46,369 bases of DNA from Candidatus Altiarchaeota archaeon (GTDB lineage: Archaea; Altiarchaeota; Altiarchaeia; IMC4; JBDREA01). Where the stretch lies: NCBI GenBank assembly GCA_043820265.1, contig JBDREA010000098.1:1-46369 (forward strand), in the 5' to 3' direction. Below are positions 9,224 to 18,582 of this stretch, piece by piece; the first letter of the stretch is position 1; each line of letters begins with the position of its first letter. The notes beneath the pieces are model-generated. The model was given only the letters and a program-made list of their open reading frames with translations, had not been told where the DNA came from and made no database searches. Made by a program: the position numbers and the translations under genes.

Positions 9224-10321
9224 CGATTTTAGATTAAATTCAGTTTCTTTCTTCTTGAGTTGGGTCTGAGTGAATAACCCCAATAATACCAAGGACAAAA
9301 CTCCAATTTTGATCAACAATCCAAAAAAATTTTTCTCCTGTTCCAGTAGGTCTTCACTCGTTGAACCGCCTAATCGCTGGTATTTTTCTTTTAATGAGTA
9401 GGCAGTTATCATTCCCAGGTCTAAACCACTACTTTCCCTTGTTTCAGGTCTTTTTTCTGCAACTTCGGGGTCGTATGATAATTTATTTAACGGGAAGTCC
9501 GATTTGGGGGAAGGCTGACCTTGGAAGATATCACCTTCTGATGAGTATGATTTTAAAAGTTCAATAACCATTTTTTCAGGAGTGTATCCTATCTTGATGA
9601 ACCTAAAGGTATAAAGACCAGTTGAATTCAAAGAGTAGTGAATCTTCCCGTTTTCATCGGTTAATGCCTCATATACGGGATAGCCTAGAAGAGAGCCGTT
9701 TTCATGGATTGAAATTTTTACCTGGCTTACAGGTCTCAGATATTTTCTGTCTCTTACCACAATCTTCGCCAATTGCCCGATAATTGGGGGATCCGGCAAA
9801 AACATTATTTTGAACTTCGTTTTTTCCGAATATCTAGACCTAGTTGAGCAAAGCTCTTCGTATTCTTTGAACACGGGGGTCTGGTTTTTTTTCCCGAAGA
9901 ATAACCCTAATACATCACCCTCTCTCGAACAGTACCTTTTTTGGAAGATGCCCTCGCCTCCCAGCCAGCATTCCCCTGAAATATCTGAGGCAACAGGCAT
10001 CGGAGTCCAATTTGTGTCATTTCCCCGATAAAAGAATATGTTCCATTCAGCCCCATCACACAGGCATAATGTGGGAGGACATCCAACATCATTTATCTTA
10101 CATAACCTTTGACCAGTCAGGGATTTTGGAATGGACCAGTAAGTATCTAATAACGTGTTTTCAAGAATCGATTTCAAACTTGATCCATCGTTCACGTTTA
10201 CGCAATCCCTGTATTGCATGCCTTCTGGGAACTCCACTAAAACACCCACTTCCTTTGAACTGACAGATTGGGTAGATAATATCAGGGATATCCCCAGAAA
10301 AACCAACATAGATTTTTTCAT
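9206..10321 (-). CDS. secreted/surface protein: Cys-rich DUF4430-like N-domain, prealbumin-like beta domain, C-terminal TM anchor
   Basis: Signal peptide; LCKINDVGC...W..FY..W...EGDVLG; TDENGKIHY...G.Y...KIGY; C-terminal hydrophobic helix and basic tail; domain names are tentative. Confidence 0.65.
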   Translation of the reverse strand: MKKSMLVFLGISLILSTQSVSSKEVGVLVEFPEGMQYRDCVNVNDGSSLKSILENTLLDTYWSIPKSLTGQRLCKINDVGCPPTLCLCDGAEWNIFFYRGNDTNWTPMPVASDISGECWLGGEGIFQKRYCSREGDVLGLFFGKKNQTPVFKEYEELCSTRSRYSEKTKFKIMFLPDPPIIGQLAKIVVRDRKYLRPVSQVKISIHENGSLLGYPVYEALTDENGKIHYSLNSTGLYTFRFIKIGYTPEKMVIELLKSYSSEGDIFQGQPSPKSDFPLNKLSYDPEVAEKRPETRESSGLDLGMITAYSLKEKYQRLGGSTSEDLLEQEKNFFGLLIKIGVLSLVLLGLFTQTQLKKKETEFNLKSLTAGA

Positions 10322-10326
10322 TGATC

Positions 10327-11037
10327 TCAGATCGTAAGAGAGTATTCTTTTTTCAGTTTTTCGCCGTCCACTTCAATTTCGCGAACGAGGGTGCCCTTCC
10401 TTTGAGCTTCGATTCTGAAAAGAGAGGCATCCTTTTTTACTTCGTCACCTGCCACTAGATCTGTTATCTCGTACTTGTTTGTAACTTTAGCCTCATTAAA
10501 GCTTTGTTTTGAAAAATCAAATAAGGATTCATCGATTATCTTTTTTATTGCATCTTTTGGTAGGACCACATTGCATGCTTTCACATCAAGTTCAGATCCT
10601 GGTTTGGGGAGCTTTTTTTTGCATTTCAGCTTATAGGACTTCTCTTTTGCCGACACCAAGTCCACCAGAATTATTGCATCGGAGAGCTTCTGATAAAATT
10701 CTTTCAGTTGAGATGCTTGGAGCTCTCCTTTGATCTCAATTGTCCTAAGTGTGCCCTTCTTTTTGGTTTTACCCACAGAAAATCCGAGTGAGCCTAAATC
10801 ATCTTCGACATCTCGACGAATAAAAACTGTACCCGATACACTGAATGATCCCCCGATTTCGGAAAGCATTTCTCCAAACAAATTTGAATAATCCACGGTG
10901 GAGCTTGCTTTAATCGATTTCGCAGAAGACTGAAGAAATATCGAGGGCCCAACATAAGATCCCCTACCGTATCGGATAAATCTCTCATGAACCCAACCCT
11001 CAGGGGCCCCCTCGACTAACTGTTTGATGAAATGCAT
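10327..11037 (-). CDS. conserved archaeal hypothetical protein
   Basis: 236-aa ORF; N-terminus MHFIK...VHERFIRYGRG and LKCKKKLPKPG resemble an uncharacterised archaeal family. Confidence 0.7.
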   Translation of the reverse strand: MHFIKQLVEGAPEGWVHERFIRYGRGSYVGPSIFLQSSAKSIKASSTVDYSNLFGEMLSEIGGSFSVSGTVFIRRDVEDDLGSLGFSVGKTKKKGTLRTIEIKGELQASQLKEFYQKLSDAIILVDLVSAKEKSYKLKCKKKLPKPGSELDVKACNVVLPKDAIKKIIDESLFDFSKQSFNEAKVTNKYEITDLVAGDEVKKDASLFRIEAQRKGTLVREIEVDGEKLKKEYSLTI

Positions 11038-11133
11038 TTCTTCTGGTTATTTCTCTTTGAAGTATAAATATTGATACAGATATAGGTAACTAAACGTTAT
11101 TCTTTTGTCCTTGGGATAGGGTATCGAGTTGAA

Positions 11134-11655
11134 ATGGAAAGCGCATTATTGGACATCAATTTGACCTTGATCCAGGTTTACGGAATTATTTTTCTTTTAG
11201 GGTCTCTGACTGTAGCTTCACTAAGCGATCTTAGGAGGATGGCCGCCCAAAAGGATTTCGCAGAGGTATGGATTATCTTTTCGGCCCTAGGATTACTATA
11301 CGACTTAGCTAGAATTGTTTACTCTGAATTCGGTTTATTATCTTTTTGTTTGAAGTGGGCAGTGATTGCAGCTATAGGCTACTTAGCTTACAGTCCTAGA
11401 ATTTCTTTTATGAGTCTGTCCTTTATGGATGTGGCAGCAATTGTTGCCGTGAATTCCATGTTGAACCCAGCGCTTATCGTTGGCTTTCTGGTTGTGTTGA
11501 TTATTTCTTCAGAGTTCATGTCTCCGATTATGAGAAGCTATGGAAGTATGGAGGCCTACCCATTTCTTCCGATTATTTTGTTTTCAACAGTGATTATTTT
11601 CTGTTTTTCGCAACTTGCGAAAGCAGATATCGAGGTATTGCATATCTCATTTTGA
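11134..11655 (+). CDS. prepilin peptidase-like (A24-type) membrane protein
   Basis: Multi-TM; ASLSDLRR (first Asp), FMDVAA (second Asp, lacking the usual GxGD glycines), YPFLP C-terminal motif; close to a pilin gene. Confidence 0.6.
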   Translation: MESALLDINLTLIQVYGIIFLLGSLTVASLSDLRRMAAQKDFAEVWIIFSALGLLYDLARIVYSEFGLLSFCLKWAVIAAIGYLAYSPRISFMSLSFMDVAAIVAVNSMLNPALIVGFLVVLIISSEFMSPIMRSYGSMEAYPFLPIILFSTVIIFCFSQLAKADIEVLHISF

Positions 11656-11667
11656 TGGAGAGAAAAA

Positions 11668-12228
11668 ATGAGCTCAGATAAATTGAAGGGTAAACACAAG
11701 ATGATTCTCGGCACCACCATAATAGTCGCTTTAGTAGTACTCTTCATATCTACTTTAACTGTGGGTGCCCTGACCTACTACTTTCTTTTTTCAGATTCAG
11801 CTGAAAAACCACTTGAGGAACAAAACATCGGGCAAACAGATAACCAAGCCACTGAAGTCATTCCGACTTCATCTACTCTCTACGGAAATTCGCCCGAGTC
11901 CCCAAAAGTAGACTCCACCTCGACAATCATGGTCTCCACTTCGACTTTCATCCCAACAACGACCTCATTAAATGATACCACGACTGCTATTCCTGGAAAA
12001 GTTGAATGCGCCACAATAAAAGACTGCCCCGAAAACACTGTAACGTATATCTGCAAGGAAGGAAACGTCATCAGGAAAACCCAAAGCTTCTACTGCACAT
12101 ACCCCGGAACCGAGGAAAGCAGATGCAAGTCAAGGGAATACCAGTACACCGAAGACTTCTGCCAGAAAGGAGAGCGATGCATTGATGGAATGATCAAATG
12201 TCAATCCATAATAAATCAGGGTTCATGA
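11668..12228 (+). CDS. membrane-anchored protein with Ser/Thr-rich linker and Cys-rich domain
   Basis: N-terminal TM, STSTIMVSTSTFIPTTTS linker, 8-Cys C-terminal module. Confidence 0.75.
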   Translation: MSSDKLKGKHKMILGTTIIVALVVLFISTLTVGALTYYFLFSDSAEKPLEEQNIGQTDNQATEVIPTSSTLYGNSPESPKVDSTSTIMVSTSTFIPTTTSLNDTTTAIPGKVECATIKDCPENTVTYICKEGNVIRKTQSFYCTYPGTEESRCKSREYQYTEDFCQKGERCIDGMIKCQSIINQGS

Positions 12229-12752
12229 ACAGGACCCTTTATGATACCTGTGGCAGTTCTCGTCGTACTATCTCCACCGATTTTGGCATCGTAGGTGATG
12301 GCAATATTGACGTTTAGATTCTCCTCTTTTGGGCTTCCTGGAGCGCATGCTTCCCCCCAGATACCGAAGTGCTCTCCCTTTGGAACAAGTACACTGCTAC
12401 CCCAATTCATCGGTTGGTTAAAGTCGCCGTATTCTACCCAAACATTCGTGCACCCCCCACCTGGGAAGTTGACATCAGCCATCGTAATCTCGATTGTAGT
12501 GCCCAACGTATTTAAGAAAGTGCCTCTGAACTCATAAAAATCTGTGAGGTAGTTCACAGTTACCGTATTAAGTTGAGGCTTAATCGGAGCGAATCCTTTC
12601 ATTGTGTAGACTTCAGCTGAAATGTTAAAGAATCCGAGGTCCCATAAAACCACACCCACCATGAGGACGACCATTATAGCCCAGCCGTAGTTGAGGAGGA
12701 ACTCCATAGCTGCCTGCCCATGATCCCATCGGCCAATATATGGGTCTTTCAT
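12216..12752 (-). CDS. type IV pilin-like protein (class III signal peptide)
   Basis: G^QAAMEFLLNYGWAIMVVLMVGVVL: G|Q cleavage site, Glu at +5, YGW motif of archaeal pilins. Confidence 0.85.
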   Translation of the reverse strand: MKDPYIGRWDHGQAAMEFLLNYGWAIMVVLMVGVVLWDLGFFNISAEVYTMKGFAPIKPQLNTVTVNYLTDFYEFRGTFLNTLGTTIEITMADVNFPGGGCTNVWVEYGDFNQPMNWGSSVLVPKGEHFGIWGEACAPGSPKEENLNVNIAITYDAKIGGDSTTRTATGIIKGPVHEP

Positions 12753-13027
12753 TCTTTGAAAACTTTTCTTATGTCTGTGGTCGATTTATGAAGAATGTAA
12801 CATGACAGGAGAAGCGCGATAAAACCTATTATTAAGGTCACGTTCCGTACCGTATCACTAAGTTGACCAAGTAAAGACACGGTCACACTCACGATAACCA
12901 AGACGAGGGCAGGTGTCAGATGTTCGTAGGCTTTGAGGGCACCTAAAGTCTTTTTTTGCAGAGTGACGAGTTCATCTACGCTCTTTTGTAATTCCTCGAT
13001 CGAAGTTTCGTTTTCTTTGTTGTTCAT
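12749..13027 (-). CDS. small two-TM membrane protein with N-terminal coiled coil
   Basis: ATGA-coupled to both neighbours; two hydrophobic helices. Confidence 0.7.
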   Translation of the reverse strand: MNNKENETSIEELQKSVDELVTLQKKTLGALKAYEHLTPALVLVIVSVTVSLLGQLSDTVRNVTLIIGFIALLLSCYILHKSTTDIRKVFKE

Positions 13028-13740
13028 TTTTTGCCTTTTTCGGCTTTTTTAGCTATGGGTTTCCCTTTTTGGATTTGTTCTTTTTCTCGGATCTGCTTTT
13101 TCTGCCTGAGCTTGGACGATTCGCCCCACATCTGTTTATATAGAGTCATCGGCGATATAAAGCTGTCGTATATCTCAAATGATTCTGTGAAGTAGCTGGA
13201 ATAAAAGTTTATTAGCTGGTGGGTGTTCATTCTTTCAGTTACTATACCTGAAACCGATAACGCATTCATTAGAGTGTCGCAGCGGGAAGATAGTTCCTTC
13301 AAAGTCACTCGGTCCCCCCCTGATTTATCGATTGAAATAACAATATAGAACAATCTGTCGCGTATTTTGTTTATCTTGATGTGCGCTCGCATGTATTCCG
13401 AGAAATGCTCATAATAAGCCAACGCCATCTTATCGTCGCGCTTTTGTATCCGCTTTTTTAACTGTCCAAGATAATCCTCTAAATCCAGGTTTGTTGTCCG
13501 CATAACAATCTGAATTGGAAAAGTTAGGTTGTTTAGTAATTCCAGAAATCCATAGATGACGGAATCCTTGTCCCCCTCCTGTAAGGCGCCGAAGTTGACA
13601 GGTTTAACTTTGACCAAAGCTAAGACCTTGCATGTCTTTAAAAAAACACCGTCGGCTCTGACCGAAGAAATCTCCATCATCTGCTTGACCGCGGGGCTCA
13701 TCCATTTCTGCTTTCCGCCGCCGAAAAAAGGGATGTTCAT
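13024..13740 (-). CDS. TraC-like / VirB4-associated protein without ATPase domain
   Basis: ISSVRADGVFLK...VKPVNF.L...DSVIYGF..LLNNLTFPIQIVMRTTNLDLEDYL...RLFYIVI resembles the family encoded upstream of VirB4 in CPR and Gram-positive T4SS-like loci. Confidence 0.65.
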   Translation of the reverse strand: MNIPFFGGGKQKWMSPAVKQMMEISSVRADGVFLKTCKVLALVKVKPVNFGALQEGDKDSVIYGFLELLNNLTFPIQIVMRTTNLDLEDYLGQLKKRIQKRDDKMALAYYEHFSEYMRAHIKINKIRDRLFYIVISIDKSGGDRVTLKELSSRCDTLMNALSVSGIVTERMNTHQLINFYSSYFTESFEIYDSFISPMTLYKQMWGESSKLRQKKQIREKEQIQKGKPIAKKAEKGKK

Positions 13741-13816
13741 GACAGTAAATAATAGATTGTTTGGATTAAAAGAATCACGCCTCTAAATAGCCTCTTCCGC
13801 TATGCTTTCCTACATC

Positions 13817-14644
13817 CTAGATCAAGTATATGATGATTGCCCCAAAAAGGATACACAGACCCCCAAGAAGCTTAGATTTCCATGAATCCTTTTCTCCAAG
13901 CAGGAAGTAACTAAGAAGGAATCCTATGACAATGTTGACTTTGTGAAGCGGTACCACGACGTTGACGTCGGCCAATGCGAGAGCTTCATAGTAGGCAAGA
14001 AGGGATAGAAAGGAGAGGAACGATATGGGAAAAATGCGGTGTGCCTCCTTTTTGATAAGCCCCCACTCTTTTCTGAGGTGCCCATCTCTCACAAGAAGCA
14101 ATCCCAGAAATGAAATAGTCACCACAAGTGTGATCGGTGGATAAAGGACTCTTGAACCGTGCTCGACTCCTGCCTTCGCCGATACTGCGGCAAAGCTATA
14201 GAAGAATCCTGAGGCTAGTCCGTGAAAGGATAGTTTTTTTGCCCTATAGAAGATAAGCGACCCAGAAAAGATCAATAAGATGGCAAATATCAAAGAGGTT
14301 GTAGCTTGTTCCCCTAAAAAGAGAAATGCGAGAACAAGGACAAATACAGTTTGAGCATTTCGCATCGAGTATGTAGAAAAAAAATCCTCTTTGATACCAA
14401 CCATAAGATAGTAAAGCCCAAGAGCTCCTGTCACTCCACCAACCAACACTGCAACCCAGTACCATTTATCAGCTGAAAAATCACCGAAAAAAACGACTAG
14501 AGGAAGATACAAGATAATAATGAATCCCCTAAAGACGAAACTCAGCGCAAGGGGATCGATATGTTTCAACTCCCTTTTACTGAGAGCCACCCAGAAAGCA
14601 TTGAAAAACGCAGCCAACAAAACAAAAATCACCCAGGAAACCAT
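13817..14644 (-). CDS. EamA/DMT family transporter
   Basis: About 10 TM in two repeats, FLFLGE and YFLLGEK; real start MVSWVIF at 14644. Confidence 0.88.
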   Translation of the reverse strand: MVSWVIFVLLAAFFNAFWVALSKRELKHIDPLALSFVFRGFIIILYLPLVVFFGDFSADKWYWVAVLVGGVTGALGLYYLMVGIKEDFFSTYSMRNAQTVFVLVLAFLFLGEQATTSLIFAILLIFSGSLIFYRAKKLSFHGLASGFFYSFAAVSAKAGVEHGSRVLYPPITLVVTISFLGLLLVRDGHLRKEWGLIKKEAHRIFPISFLSFLSLLAYYEALALADVNVVVPLHKVNIVIGFLLSYFLLGEKDSWKSKLLGGLCILFGAIIIYLI

Positions 14645-14684
14645 ATCTTCAAATAGAGTTTTGTGAATTAAATACAGGGGAAAA

Positions 14685-15398
14685 TTATTTTTCTGCGTTC
14701 TCCCAAAGCAAGGCAAAGTAGTTTTTGAATGATTTTGCCACGTCGGCGCCTTCAATGACTGTGGCGACTGGTATTTCACTCCATGTGATCGTTGCGGTTT
14801 TATTTGCGTAGATGAAGGTTGTGGTCGGTGCCGCGTAAGAGTCGGGGATGAAACGAAAGGTTGTGTATGCAATGGCGACACTCTCCGATTGTCGCGCGGA
14901 TTCCTGAAGGATGACCTTTGCGCGTATCTTCTTTTTTCTCTTCGCCATCTGGAATTGATGGAAGTTGTGGTCCATTATCTCAAGGAACCGTCCTGATGAG
15001 CCGAATGCAACGTATTCTTTGCAGTTTAATATGTCGTTTAGTATTGCCCTTATGCCCTTGCGGCCCTTATAGACTTGCGCCTCTTCTTTCTCTTTTGACT
15101 GCGAATGTATTGTCTCTAATTCTGGAAGGATGTCCTTGGCTGCTTGTTCCTGTTGTTTGATGATCTCAAGGAATCTTCTTGGAGCAGTGGCTTGGAAGAC
15201 ACGTCTGGAAGATACGATGACATAGGAAACGAGCCCTTTTTCGATGAGACCTTCGATGGCGTCGTAGGTCGTGGTTCTGTTGACTTGGGCTTTCTTTGCT
15301 ATCCTTCCCGCCTGTGTTTGGCCCAGTCTTAAAAGAGCCAGGTATACTTTTGCTTGACTTAGGGGAAGACCAAGACGCATCACTGAATTCTCGTCCAT
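14685..15398 (-). CDS. TrmB-family transcriptional regulator
   Basis: LGL..SQAKVYLALLRLG...IAKKAQVNRTTTYDAIEGLIEKGLV wHTH; VYKGRKGI and PLD-like effector domain. Confidence 0.9.
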   Translation of the reverse strand: MDENSVMRLGLPLSQAKVYLALLRLGQTQAGRIAKKAQVNRTTTYDAIEGLIEKGLVSYVIVSSRRVFQATAPRRFLEIIKQQEQAAKDILPELETIHSQSKEKEEAQVYKGRKGIRAILNDILNCKEYVAFGSSGRFLEIMDHNFHQFQMAKRKKKIRAKVILQESARQSESVAIAYTTFRFIPDSYAAPTTTFIYANKTATITWSEIPVATVIEGADVAKSFKNYFALLWENAEK

Positions 15399-15529
15399 TA
15401 TGGGGGTGTGGGAGATCCCAGATTTAAACTTTGTTGTAAGGAACCTCACAACATCAATTAATAACTTGGCGCTTCGGGCTTATAAGTGAACTCCCGATAG
15501 ACCAGTGGAAAAACATTTGAGGTGAAATT

Positions 15530-16534
15530 ATGAAAACAAAAATAGCACTTTTAGCAGTAATCATGCTACTTGCAATTGGAGGATTACTGAGTGTAAATCT
15601 GCGAGAAAACACCATCTATGACCCAAACATAGGAACAATAACAGGAAAAGCAGTCGCCCCACTAACAGTTGTTCGAATCGGTTATCTTCCAATTGCAAGC
15701 GACCTGAGCTTTTTTGTGGCAAAGGAAAACGGTCAATTTCAAAAACACGGTCTAATCGTAGAACCCATAAAACTTCAATCAAGCAACCAGGCCATAGATG
15801 CACTAATCGCAGGCAGGGTCGATGGAACATCAATAGTAGCCCTGGAAGCCCTCCTAGCACTAGAAGAAAAATATCCAGGGGAATATGTTATCTATGAGGT
15901 GACGGCGGCAGAGAAAGACACGGAAGTCCACAAGATCATTGTGAAAAAGGACTCGGACATCAAAACGCTAAAAGACCTCAAGGGAAAGACCATCGGCACT
16001 TTTCCAGGATCCCAGATGAAGGTGTTCACGAAACTCGTACTCGGTAACTACATCGACACGTCAACCATCACCATCTTCCAGATGGCACCCGCCCTGCAGA
16101 CGCAGGCTCTAGCTTCTGGTCAAGTAAACGCTCTCTTCACCCTCGAGCCAGTCGGCACGATCGCAGAAAAGAAGGGAATTGCCAGAGTAATCGCAGTAAA
16201 TCCGCTCTACAACGAACTCCTCAAACCCTTCCCCACAGCAGCGTCAGTCTTCTCAAAGGAATATGCAAACGAGAATCCGGGGGCTGTGGCAAGCTATGTC
16301 AAAGCGATCGAAGAGGCCCACGACATCATAGAAAAAGACAAAGTCCAAGCGAAAAAAGAGATGGAGAAGTATACCTCCGTCGGCCCAGAGATCTCCTCAG
16401 AAATTGGGACCTACAAGTACTGGGGAGTGGAGGAAATCGATGTGGATGCAATTGAAAAATTGATCCAACTCTACGTAGACAATGGACTTATGAAAGGTCC
16501 CTTAGACGTTGAATCCCTAATCTATAGGGGATAG
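15530..16534 (+). CDS. NitT/TauT-family ABC transporter substrate-binding protein
   Basis: Signal/anchor; VRIGYLP, FFVAKENG.F, DLKGKTIG, ALASGQVNA..EP. Confidence 0.9.
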   Translation: MKTKIALLAVIMLLAIGGLLSVNLRENTIYDPNIGTITGKAVAPLTVVRIGYLPIASDLSFFVAKENGQFQKHGLIVEPIKLQSSNQAIDALIAGRVDGTSIVALEALLALEEKYPGEYVIYEVTAAEKDTEVHKIIVKKDSDIKTLKDLKGKTIGTFPGSQMKVFTKLVLGNYIDTSTITIFQMAPALQTQALASGQVNALFTLEPVGTIAEKKGIARVIAVNPLYNELLKPFPTAASVFSKEYANENPGAVASYVKAIEEAHDIIEKDKVQAKKEMEKYTSVGPEISSEIGTYKYWGVEEIDVDAIEKLIQLYVDNGLMKGPLDVESLIYRG

Positions 16535-16556
16535 TGTGTAACAAAGAGAAAATGGG

Positions 16557-17300
16557 ATGAAAACCGTTGTGAACATAGAAAAACTGGCTAAGAGTTACCA
16601 GGGAGAACCAGTCCTTGCCGACCTCTCGCTACGAATCGGCGAGGGCACCTTCATATCCCTTGTGGGACCAAACGGCTGCGGCAAGACGACATTGGTGAAA
16701 CTCATAGCCGAAGTCGAGCAGCAAGACTCGGGAGACATAACAGTGAGAGACGGCACGAAGGTTAGCTTTGTCTTTCAGAACTACCAGGAGTCGTTTCTCC
16801 CCTGGAGGACGGTCGAAGACAACATCGCATTGCCTCTAGAAATCACAGGGGATTTGAAGAAAGACGACAAGCTTGCCTCCGTAATCAAGGAATTCAACCT
16901 GGGCGAACACAAGAATAAACAACCCTATGAGCTCTCCGGAGGCTGGGCTCAGTTGACAGCCATCGCGAGAGCCGTGGTTGTGGACCCGGATATCCTCATC
17001 CTCGATGAACCATTCAAATCCCTCGACTTCCACGCCGCACAAAACGTTATGGGAAAGCTCCTCGCCTACTGCGAGAAGAAGCGGATAACGACAATTCTCG
17101 TTTCCCACGACATCGACCAAGCCATCCTGTTTGCCGACAGGCTTTTAGTATTCTCTCAAAGACCAGGCATAATAAAACACGACTTAGACATCCAACTTCC
17201 AAGGCCCAGGAAGGTTGCACACCTTGGGGAAACACAATTCTTTCATCTGAAAAACACCACACTAAAACTCATCTACGATGGCTTCAAAAACGCTGGTTAG
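16557..17300 (+). CDS. NitT/TauT-family ABC transporter ATP-binding protein
   Basis: GPNGCGKT, FVFQ, LPWRTV, LSGG, LILDEPF, VSHDIDQA. Confidence 0.93.
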   Translation: MKTVVNIEKLAKSYQGEPVLADLSLRIGEGTFISLVGPNGCGKTTLVKLIAEVEQQDSGDITVRDGTKVSFVFQNYQESFLPWRTVEDNIALPLEITGDLKKDDKLASVIKEFNLGEHKNKQPYELSGGWAQLTAIARAVVVDPDILILDEPFKSLDFHAAQNVMGKLLAYCEKKRITTILVSHDIDQAILFADRLLVFSQRPGIIKHDLDIQLPRPRKVAHLGETQFFHLKNTTLKLIYDGFKNAG

Positions 17301-18021
17301 CTTGATTATCATAGTCTGTGTATGGCTGGCTTTAAGCTCATCTGGATCGATAAAAAAAGCCCTCCTCCCACCACCAAACGAGGTCTTTATTAGTCTAACC
17401 CACCTGGTAACGACCGAGGAATTTTACATTCACTATGGTTCGTCAATGAAAAGAGTTTTAGTGGCAATTACAGTGTCCAGCCTTTCTGGTATCGCCCTTG
17501 GGCTTGCTATGGGTCTGTCAAAGACTATCCACGACCACCTACACTTTCCCATAGACTTCCTGCGCACAATGCCCTCTCCTGCACTAATCCCTATGGCACT
17601 TTTGTTATTTGGCATCACAGAGACAGCAAGGATAGCGGTGATTACCGTAACCTGCACGGTGATGATGACATTAAACACAATCTACGGGGTTGCAAGCGTA
17701 AAAAAGACCCGACGTAATTACTTCACAATAATCAAGGCAACCCCCTATCAAACCCTCACAAAACTCGTAATCCCTGAAGCAATGCCTTACATAGTTACAG
17801 GCCTAAGGACGGCACTCTCAGTCAGCTTGATCGTTGTCGTCGTAACAGAGATGATCATGGGCACGGAATCAGGTCTTGGGTATATAATCTCCGAAAATCA
17901 GCTTCTCTACGAAATCCCAGAAATGTACGCCTACATCCTCGTCTTGGGGATAACAGGCTACCTCCTAAACTATGCAGTCGTCCGACTTGAAAAAAAGATC
18001 CTTTACTGGACAGGCCAATAG
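17278..18021 (+). CDS. NitT/TauT-family ABC transporter permease
   Basis: LPPPNEV, LRTMPSPALIP, VIPEAMPYIVTGLR, GLGYII. Confidence 0.92.
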   Translation: MASKTLVSLIIIVCVWLALSSSGSIKKALLPPPNEVFISLTHLVTTEEFYIHYGSSMKRVLVAITVSSLSGIALGLAMGLSKTIHDHLHFPIDFLRTMPSPALIPMALLLFGITETARIAVITVTCTVMMTLNTIYGVASVKKTRRNYFTIIKATPYQTLTKLVIPEAMPYIVTGLRTALSVSLIVVVVTEMIMGTESGLGYIISENQLLYEIPEMYAYILVLGITGYLLNYAVVRLEKKILYWTGQ

Positions 18022-18027
18022 GTGACC

Positions 18028-18174
18028 CTAAATGTCCTTGAGGCCTATAGAGGAATCTTCAAACCTTCCCCGAAAAGAATTGCCGTTTTTCAGCGTGCAT
18101 CCCCTGCGATAGTCGTGGGCAATACAAGAACCGTCACAGAACCTATTGTTATCTAAGTGGCATCTATCACTCAT
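18028..18174 (-). CDS. putative 48-aa Cys-rich small protein
   Basis: Manual translation MSDRCHLDNNRFCDGSCIAHDYRRGCTLKNG...; GGAG upstream; short, unverified. Confidence 0.4.
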   Translation of the reverse strand: MSDRCHLDNNRFCDGSCIAHDYRRGCTLKNGNSFRGRFEDSSIGLKDI

Positions 18175-18260
18175 AAACCATCAACTCCGACTTGGTGGAC
18201 TAATCAATTAGATGGAAGATGTTTAAAAAAGAGGGATATTACTAAATATTCTTCCGGCAC

Positions 18261-18392
18261 TTAGAAAAAAATTGCGTAAACGATTATCAATCCAAAGATC
18301 AAGATGACTGGCACCAGTATGTAGGCCAAAAATTTCGCCCCATCTCCGCTAACCACCACTTCCTCATCATAAAATGTGTCTTCGTCTTCCAT
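18261..18392 (-). CDS. putative 43-aa single-TM protein
   Basis: MEDEDTFYDEEVVV acidic head plus a hydrophobic helix. Confidence 0.45.
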   Translation of the reverse strand: MEDEDTFYDEEVVVSGDGAKFLAYILVPVILIFGLIIVYAIFF

Positions 18393-18470
18393 TAAAACCA
18401 CAAGAACAAATAAAAAGGCAGAACAAGTTAAAAAACAAACTGCTCTCAAAAAGGAAAGTGTCTGTTTAGC

Positions 18471-18572
18471 GGGATATACATAAGACCCCCCCTCGGTCAC
18501 GGAAAAGTTCCGCGCCCAAACTTTCAGGCCATTGTTCAATTTGTCAAATTTTGGGGGTCTTATGTATATCCC
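18471..18572. mobile_element. 102-bp MITE with 20-bp perfect TIRs and 14-bp TSD; candidate mini-casposon
   Basis: TIRs GGGATATACATAAGACCCCC (18471-18490) and GGGGGTCTTATGTATATCCC (18553-18572); direct repeats AGTGTCTGTTTAGC at 18457-18470 and 18573-18586, the latter overlapping the tRNA-Gln 3' end. Confidence 0.9.
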
Positions 18573-18582
18573 AGTGTCTGTT

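Noticed and set aside
14645-14881. N-terminal extension of the EamA transporter
   Set aside because: Overlaps the TrmB gene in another frame; the hydrophobic domain starts at 14644.
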